A DNA stretch of 64,000 nt from the sequence record MN895436.1; one strand, given 5' to 3'. The notes beneath the pieces are model-generated. The model ran no database searches. It worked only from the letters and a program-made list of their open reading frames with translations, and was not told the origin of the DNA. Below are positions 58,541 through 64,000 of the stretch, piece by piece. Source of the stretch: Escherichia phage teqsoen. The first letter of the stretch is position 1. Each line of letters starts with the position of its first letter. Made by a program: the position numbers and the translations under genes.

Positions 58541-59365
58541 TTAGATATTTGACCAGACTTTGTTTGTAGAGAAACGTTTTCCTTTTGAAACGAACTGCTG
58601 AAGTGGCATCAACACAACGTTCGCCCAGTCTTTCGGGGCGATTTCAACAAGGCTACCCATAATATTACCAGGTATATATGCCTTAATCATTTGGTCTGCA
58701 CCCCTAAATCCTTTCACTTGACTCCAATCAATTTTTAATTTCGTTTTATTAGTAATAGTAGGTGTATTTGCATATTGCTTTAAAAGCTCTTCTAGGAATT
58801 GCTGACGAGCTTTAGGTGGAATATAGTGCAAGTTTAATCCGTACATTAAGTTATGCTTACCTAAACCAAGATAAATTATCAAAGGAAATTTATCCCAGTA
58901 AGGAAGAGTTTCCTTGTGTTTAGCATCATAAGCAAAAGCATATATTCGTCCCGGCTGCGGGCGAACAACTTTATGTCCTTTTACTTGCTTAATAGTTTCA
59001 GCAAACCATTTTCTGGTTTTATTATTAATTGCTGCACCTTCATTACGAATTTTATCACGCAATGTTTGTCTGAATGAATTTATCATAAGCAGTTGTCTTT
59101 CTTGCTTATTGAGTTTATTCATTGGTTTTGATTCAAGCTTTTGAATCTTTTCAGCTGTTTTAATTCCTGAAGCATATTTTGACATCGCTGAAGTAAACGT
59201 AGAGTATTTGATTCCTCTTTCTTCAGCAAATTGCTTTCCTGTCATTCCTTTTGCTTTGGCCTTTTTATATTCAAGACCTATTTGAATCCATTTCTTTTCG
59301 TTTAATGATTGCTTAACCTTTGGAACTTGGGGAGTGCTTTCATTAATTATTTGAAAAATAGCCAT
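58541..59365 (-). CDS. 2: DNA end protector (gene 2)
   Basis: 274 aa, T4 gp2 length and position. Confidence 0.88.
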   Translation of the reverse strand: MAIFQIINESTPQVPKVKQSLNEKKWIQIGLEYKKAKAKGMTGKQFAEERGIKYSTFTSAMSKYASGIKTAEKIQKLESKPMNKLNKQERQLLMINSFRQTLRDKIRNEGAAINNKTRKWFAETIKQVKGHKVVRPQPGRIYAFAYDAKHKETLPYWDKFPLIIYLGLGKHNLMYGLNLHYIPPKARQQFLEELLKQYANTPTITNKTKLKIDWSQVKGFRGADQMIKAYIPGNIMGSLVEIAPKDWANVVLMPLQQFVSKGKRFSTNKVWSNI

Positions 59366-59817
59366 TATGCCCCCTTAAAGCCAAGAGCTCGTAATCCATC
59401 TTCTGTTAGAATTCTAAATTTTATTCTACGCTTTTCAGCTAAAGCTTGCGCTGCTTTCCATTTGTCGGTATTAACGGAATATGTATAAATTTCATTCATA
59501 AATCTTTTCTTCGCTGCGGTTGTTAGATGTGCTGGTTTAACTGGTGGTTGTGTTTCTTTTTTAGGTTTTATTTCAATAAAAAATTCTTGTCCAGAAGAAT
59601 CTTTCATCCAAATATCCATGAAGTATCTACGTTTTTTCCCTTCTGCATTACAAAAATAAGGAATTACTGCTGTTTCACTACCCCATGCAATAATTTCTGG
59701 ATTTTTATCTAACCATTCAAAAAAGAATTTTTCCCAATTTGATCTATACGTAATTTTTTTAGGGTCACCTCTATACTTTGATATATTTTTAGGAACCCAT
59801 TTTCCAGAATATGCCAT
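59365..59817 (-). CDS. 4: head completion protein (gene 4)
   Basis: 150 aa, T4 gp4 length and position. Confidence 0.88.
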   Translation of the reverse strand: MAYSGKWVPKNISKYRGDPKKITYRSNWEKFFFEWLDKNPEIIAWGSETAVIPYFCNAEGKKRRYFMDIWMKDSSGQEFFIEIKPKKETQPPVKPAHLTTAAKKRFMNEIYTYSVNTDKWKAAQALAEKRRIKFRILTEDGLRALGFKGA

Positions 59818-59828
59818 TGGATTCTCCT

Positions 59829-59836
59829 TATAAATA
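59829..59836 (+). promoter_or_regulatory. late promoter motif for 53-5 operon
   Basis: TATAAATA on plus strand 29 nt upstream of gene 53 ATG; CAGGAGG RBS. Confidence 0.7.
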
Positions 59837-59843
59837 GATAATA

Positions 59844-59851
59844 TATTTATA
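59844..59851 (-). promoter_or_regulatory. late promoter motif for gene 4/2/3 direction
   Basis: TATAAATA on minus strand, divergent from the plus-strand motif. Confidence 0.65.
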
Positions 59852-59864
59852 AACAGGAGGGCCC

Positions 59865-60455
59865 ATGCTCTTTACATTTTTTGATCCGATTGAATATGCG
59901 GCCAAAACGGTGAATAAAAACGCGCCGACTATTCCTATGACAGATATTTTTAGAAACTATAAAGACTATTTTAAACGCGCTCTTGCGGGATACCGCTTAC
60001 GTACTTATTATATTAAAGGTTCACCACGCCCGGAAGAATTAGCAAATACTATATATGGAAATCCACAGTTGTATTGGGTTTTATTGATGTGTAATGATAA
60101 TTATGACCCGTATTATGGATGGATTACTTCGCAAGAAGCTGCTTATCAAGCATCTATACAAAAATACAAAAACGTAGGTGGAGACCAAATAGTATATCAT
60201 GTAAATGAGAACGGTGAAAAATTTTATAATTTAATATCATACGATGATAATCCATATGTTTGGTATGATAAAGGCGATAAAGCTAGAAAATATCCTCAAT
60301 ACGAAGGAGCACTTGCTGCGGTCGATACGTATGAAGCGGCTGTTCTTGAAAATGAAAAACTTCGTCAAATAAAAATAATAGCAAAATCAGACATTAATTC
60401 ATTTATGAACGACCTTATACGTATAATGGAGAAATCTTATGGAAATGATAAGTAA
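59865..60455 (+). CDS. 53: baseplate wedge protein gp53
   Basis: 196 aa, T4 gp53 length; first plus-strand late gene. Confidence 0.9.
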   Translation: MLFTFFDPIEYAAKTVNKNAPTIPMTDIFRNYKDYFKRALAGYRLRTYYIKGSPRPEELANTIYGNPQLYWVLLMCNDNYDPYYGWITSQEAAYQASIQKYKNVGGDQIVYHVNENGEKFYNLISYDDNPYVWYDKGDKARKYPQYEGALAAVDTYEAAVLENEKLRQIKIIAKSDINSFMNDLIRIMEKSYGNDK

Positions 60456-62166
60456 TAACCTTAATTGGTTTGTTGGTGTTGTTGAAGATAGAATGGACCC
60501 ATTAAAATTAGGTCGTGTTCGTGTTCGTGTTGTTGGTCTGCATCCACCACAAAGAGCGCAAGGTGATGTAATGGGTATTCCAACTGAAAAATTACCATGG
60601 ATGTCAGTTATTCAACCTATAACTTCTGCAGCAATGTCAGGAATTGGAGGTTCTGTTACTGGACCAGTAGAAGGAACTAGAGTTTATGGTCATTTTTTGG
60701 ACAAATGGAAAACTAACGGAATTGTCCTTGGCACGTATGGTGGAATAGTTCGCGAAAAACCGAATAGACTTGAAGGATTTTCTGACCCAACTGGGCAATA
60801 TCCTAGACGTTTAGGAAATGATACTAACGTACTAAACCAAGGCGGAGAAGTAGGATATGATTCCTCTTCTAATGTTATTCAAGATAGTAACTTAGACACC
60901 GCAATAAATCCTGATGATAGACCACTATCAGAGATTCCAACTGATGATAATCCAAACATGTCAATGGCTGAAATGCTTCGCCGTGATGAAGGGTTAAGAC
61001 TAAAAGTTTATTGGGATACTGAAGGATATCCGACAATTGGTATTGGTCATCTTATCATGAAGCAGCCAGTTCGTGATATGGCTCAAATTAATAAAGTTTT
61101 ATCAAAACAAGTTGGTCGTGAAATTACTGGAAACCCAGGTTCTATTACAATGGAAGAAGCGACGACTCTATTTGAACGTGATTTGGCTGATATGCAACGC
61201 GACATTAAATCACATTCTAAAGTAGGACCAGTCTGGCAAGCTGTCAACCGTTCTCGTCAAATGGCATTAGAAAATATGGCATTTCAGATGGGTGTTGGCG
61301 GTGTAGCTAAATTTAACACAATGTTAACTGCCATGTTAGCAGGAGATTGGGAAAAAGCATATAAAGCCGGTCGTGATTCATTGTGGTATCAACAAACAAA
61401 AGGCCGTGCATCCCGTGTTACCATGATTATTCTTACGGGGAATTTGGAATCATATGGTGTTGAAGTGAAAACTCCAGCTAGGTCTTTATCGGCAATGGCT
61501 GCGACTGTAGCTAAATCTTCTGACCCTGCTGACCCTCCTATTCCAAATGACTCGAGAATTTTATTCAAAGAACCAGTTTCTTCATATAAAGGCGAATATC
61601 CTTATGTGCATACAATGGAAACTGAAAGTGGACATATTCAGGAATTTGATGATACCCCTGGGCAAGAACGATACAGATTAGTTCATCCAACTGGAACTTA
61701 TGAAGAAGTATCACCGTCAGGAAGAAGAACAAGAAAAACTGTTGATAATTTGTATGATATAACCAACGCTGATGGTAATTTTTTGGTAGCCGGTGATAAA
61801 AAGACTAACGTCGGTGGATCAGAAATTTATTACAACATGGATAATCGTCTTCACCAAATAGATGGAAGCAATACGATATTTGTTCGAGGCGATGAAACTA
61901 AGACGGTTGAAGGTAATGGAACTATCCTAGTTAAAGGTAATGTTACTATTGTAGTTGAAGGTAATGCTGACATTACAGTTAAAGGAGATGCTACCACTTT
62001 AGTTGAAGGAAATCAGACTAATACAGTAAATGGAAATCTTTCTTGGAAAGTTGCTGGGACAGTTGATTGGGACGTTGGTGGTGATTGGACAGAAAAAATG
62101 GCATCTATGAGTTCTATTTCATCTGGTCAATACACAATTGATGGATCGAGGATTGACATTGGCTAA
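60439..62166 (+). CDS. 5: baseplate hub and tail lysozyme gp5
   Basis: 575 aa; internal lysozyme domain (MAEMLRRDEGLRLKVYWDTEGYPTIGIGH) and C-terminal VxGxxxxxV beta-helix repeats. Confidence 0.96.
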   Translation: MEMISNNLNWFVGVVEDRMDPLKLGRVRVRVVGLHPPQRAQGDVMGIPTEKLPWMSVIQPITSAAMSGIGGSVTGPVEGTRVYGHFLDKWKTNGIVLGTYGGIVREKPNRLEGFSDPTGQYPRRLGNDTNVLNQGGEVGYDSSSNVIQDSNLDTAINPDDRPLSEIPTDDNPNMSMAEMLRRDEGLRLKVYWDTEGYPTIGIGHLIMKQPVRDMAQINKVLSKQVGREITGNPGSITMEEATTLFERDLADMQRDIKSHSKVGPVWQAVNRSRQMALENMAFQMGVGGVAKFNTMLTAMLAGDWEKAYKAGRDSLWYQQTKGRASRVTMIILTGNLESYGVEVKTPARSLSAMAATVAKSSDPADPPIPNDSRILFKEPVSSYKGEYPYVHTMETESGHIQEFDDTPGQERYRLVHPTGTYEEVSPSGRRTRKTVDNLYDITNADGNFLVAGDKKTNVGGSEIYYNMDNRLHQIDGSNTIFVRGDETKTVEGNGTILVKGNVTIVVEGNADITVKGDATTLVEGNQTNTVNGNLSWKVAGTVDWDVGGDWTEKMASMSSISSGQYTIDGSRIDIG

Positions 62167-62200
62167 TATACTTCCAATGAGCGCTGATTTAGGAGAATCC

Positions 62201-62695
62201 ATGGAAGGTTCTTCTATCGACGTCACCTTTACCGCTCAATTAGAAACAGGTGAAACGTTAGTATCTATAAATATAACTAGTTACGAAGAAACTCCTGGGG
62301 TTTTAGTAGAAGAAAATCGCTTATATGGAACATATGAATCTGTATTTGGTTTCGGAAATGACGCGTTGAAATATCGTTTAGGCGATGAATTTAAAACTGC
62401 TGCTTCATGGGAAGAACTTCCTACTGATTCTGACACTCAGTTGTATTTGTGGAAAGCTCCTCAGAATCTCCAGAAGACATTCACTTACGAAGTAACATTA
62501 ATATATGACTACCAAGAACAAAGTGAATCTGGAGGTTCTGGTAGTAATTCTAGGTCATCTTCTGATACTACTGAACCAACAGATCCTCCTGCTCCAGTAA
62601 GAAAAACTCTCGTTAAAAATTATACTAAAACTATAGTTGGAAATTGGAGTCGTTGGGCTAATAAATTGAGAAGCTATGTGTATGAGAGGCCATAA
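62201..62695 (+). CDS. 5.1: gp5.1-like protein
   Basis: 164 aa from ATG 62201 with AGGAGA RBS; track ORF starts 62138 inside gene 5. Confidence 0.7.
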
Positions 62696-62989
62696 ATGTC
62701 AGGATTAAGTTATGATAAGTGTGTTACTGCTGGCCATGAAGCGTGGCCTCCAACAGTTGTGAATGCTACACAAAGTAAAGTATTCACTGGAGGAATTGCT
62801 GTTCTCGTAGCAGGTGATCCAATTACAGAACATACAGAAATTAAAAAGCCATATGAAACACATGGCGGAGTGACACAACCTAGAACTTCTAAGGTATATG
62901 TCACTGGAAAGAAAGCTGTTCAAATGGCTGATCCAATATCATGCGGTGATACTGTGGCTCAGGCATCATCTAAAGTATTCATTAAATAG
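62696..62989 (+). CDS. 5.4: PAAR-repeat tail spike tip protein gp5.4
   Basis: 97 aa, T4 gp5.4 length and position. Confidence 0.88.
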
Positions 62990-62997
62990 GATTTAAA

Positions 62998-64000
62998 ATG
63001 GCAAATACCCCTGTAAATTATCAATTAACAAGAACAGCAAATGCTATTCCCGAGATATTCGTCGGGGGTACGTTTGCTGAAATAAAACAAAACCTCATTG
63101 AATGGCTTAATGGCCAAAATGAATTTTTGGATTATGATTTTGAAGGCTCAAGATTAAACGTTCTGTGTGACCTTTTGGCTTATAATACGCTGTACATTCA
63201 ACAGTTTGGTAATGCTGCTGTGTATGAAAGCTTTATGCGTACTGCTAACTTACGAAGTTCAGTTGTTCAAGCTGCACAAGATAACGGATATTTACCTACT
63301 TCAAAATCCGCTGCGCAGACCGAAATTATGTTAACATGCACCGACGCATTGAATAGGAATTACATTACTATTCCTCGCGGAACTCGCTTTTTAGCATATG
63401 CAAAAGATACTTCTGTTAATCCATATAACTTCGTTTCTACCGAAGACGTTATTGCCATTCGTGATAAAAATAACCAATATTTTCCGCGTTTAAAATTGGC
63501 CCAGGGACGTATAGTAAGAACTGAAATCATTTATGATAAATTAACACCTATTATCATTTATGACAAAAATATAGATAGAAACCAGGTTAAATTATATGTT
63601 GATGGAGCGGAATGGATTAACTGGACGAGAAAGTCAATGGTTCATGCTGGTTCAACATCAACGATTTACTATATGCGTGAAACTATTGATGGAAACACTG
63701 AATTCTATTTTGGTGAAGGTGAAATTTCTGTTAATGCTTCTGAAGGAGCTTTGACCGCTAATTATATCGGAGGTCTTAAACCTACTCAGAACTCTACGAT
63801 TGTTATTGAGTACATCAGTACTAATGGTGCTGACGCGAACGGAGCAGTCGGATTTTCATACGCAGATACATTAACAAATATAACTGTCATCAATATTAAT
63901 GAAAATCCAAACGATGACCCAGATTTTGTTGGGGCAGATGGCGGCGGTGATCCAGAAGATATTGAACGTATTCGCGAATTGGGTACTATTAAACGCGAAA
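62998..64000 (+). CDS. 6: baseplate wedge protein gp6 (N-terminal part, continues beyond window)
   Basis: ATG 62998, open to window end; MANTPVNYQLTRTANAIPE... Confidence 0.88.
   Translation, partial: MANTPVNYQLTRTANAIPEIFVGGTFAEIKQNLIEWLNGQNEFLDYDFEGSRLNVLCDLLAYNTLYIQQFGNAAVYESFMRTANLRSSVVQAAQDNGYLPTSKSAAQTEIMLTCTDALNRNYITIPRGTRFLAYAKDTSVNPYNFVSTEDVIAIRDKNNQYFPRLKLAQGRIVRTEIIYDKLTPIIIYDKNIDRNQVKLYVDGAEWINWTRKSMVHAGSTSTIYYMRETIDGNTEFYFGEGEISVNASEGALTANYIGGLKPTQNSTIVIEYISTNGADANGAVGFSYADTLTNITVININENPNDDPDFVGADGGGDPEDIERIRELGTIKRE

Noticed and set aside
62705-62923. Two minus-strand ORFs (72 and 64 aa) inside gene 5.4
   Set aside because: Antisense to a conserved late gene in a region where all real genes are plus-strand; no promoter or RBS.

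Overview
This window is a contiguous segment of a T4-like (T-even, Tequatrovirus-type) myovirus genome; I found no single clearly novel system, but several cassettes of unassigned genes stand out (see findings). It is almost entirely coding and colinear with the T4 map as I remember it: soc, 56, 61, the 61.x/sp/dmd block, 41, 40, uvsX, 42, imm, 43, regA-62-44-45, rpbA, 46, 47, a-gt, 55, nrdH-nrdG-nrdD, 49, nrdC, a long block of small or unassigned ORFs, rI, tk, regB, internal-protein genes, denV, e, nudE, a 10-tRNA cluster, 57B, 57A, 1, 3, 2, 4 (all minus strand), then the plus-strand baseplate operon 53, 5, 5.1, 5.4 and the start of 6. Early genes are preceded by recurring sigma70-type promoters (GTTTAC, 18-nt spacer, often TGn-extended -10) and followed by GC hairpins with CGAA/GAAA loops; TATAAATA late-promoter motifs precede e, one internal-protein-like gene and the divergent 4/53 junction. 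Differences from T4 as I recall it (not checked against any database): no dam/69 between 56 and 61, a 282-aa DxD glycosyltransferase where T4 has beta-gt, an uninterrupted nrdD, two extra tRNAs (Tyr, Asn) with no segB-like ORF, and a different set of capsid-targeting-sequence proteins. The most interesting unassigned content is a nucleotidyltransferase/P-loop NTPase/membrane-protein cassette, a tandem array of coiled-coil-tailed proteins, and six ORFs with capsid-targeting-like N-termini. All calls rest on reading the ORF translations and the DNA by eye; hand-derived coordinates for RNAs, promoters and terminators may be off by 1-2 nt. The ORF track uses GTG/TTG starts in places and I adjusted several starts to internal ATGs with better ribosome-binding sites.
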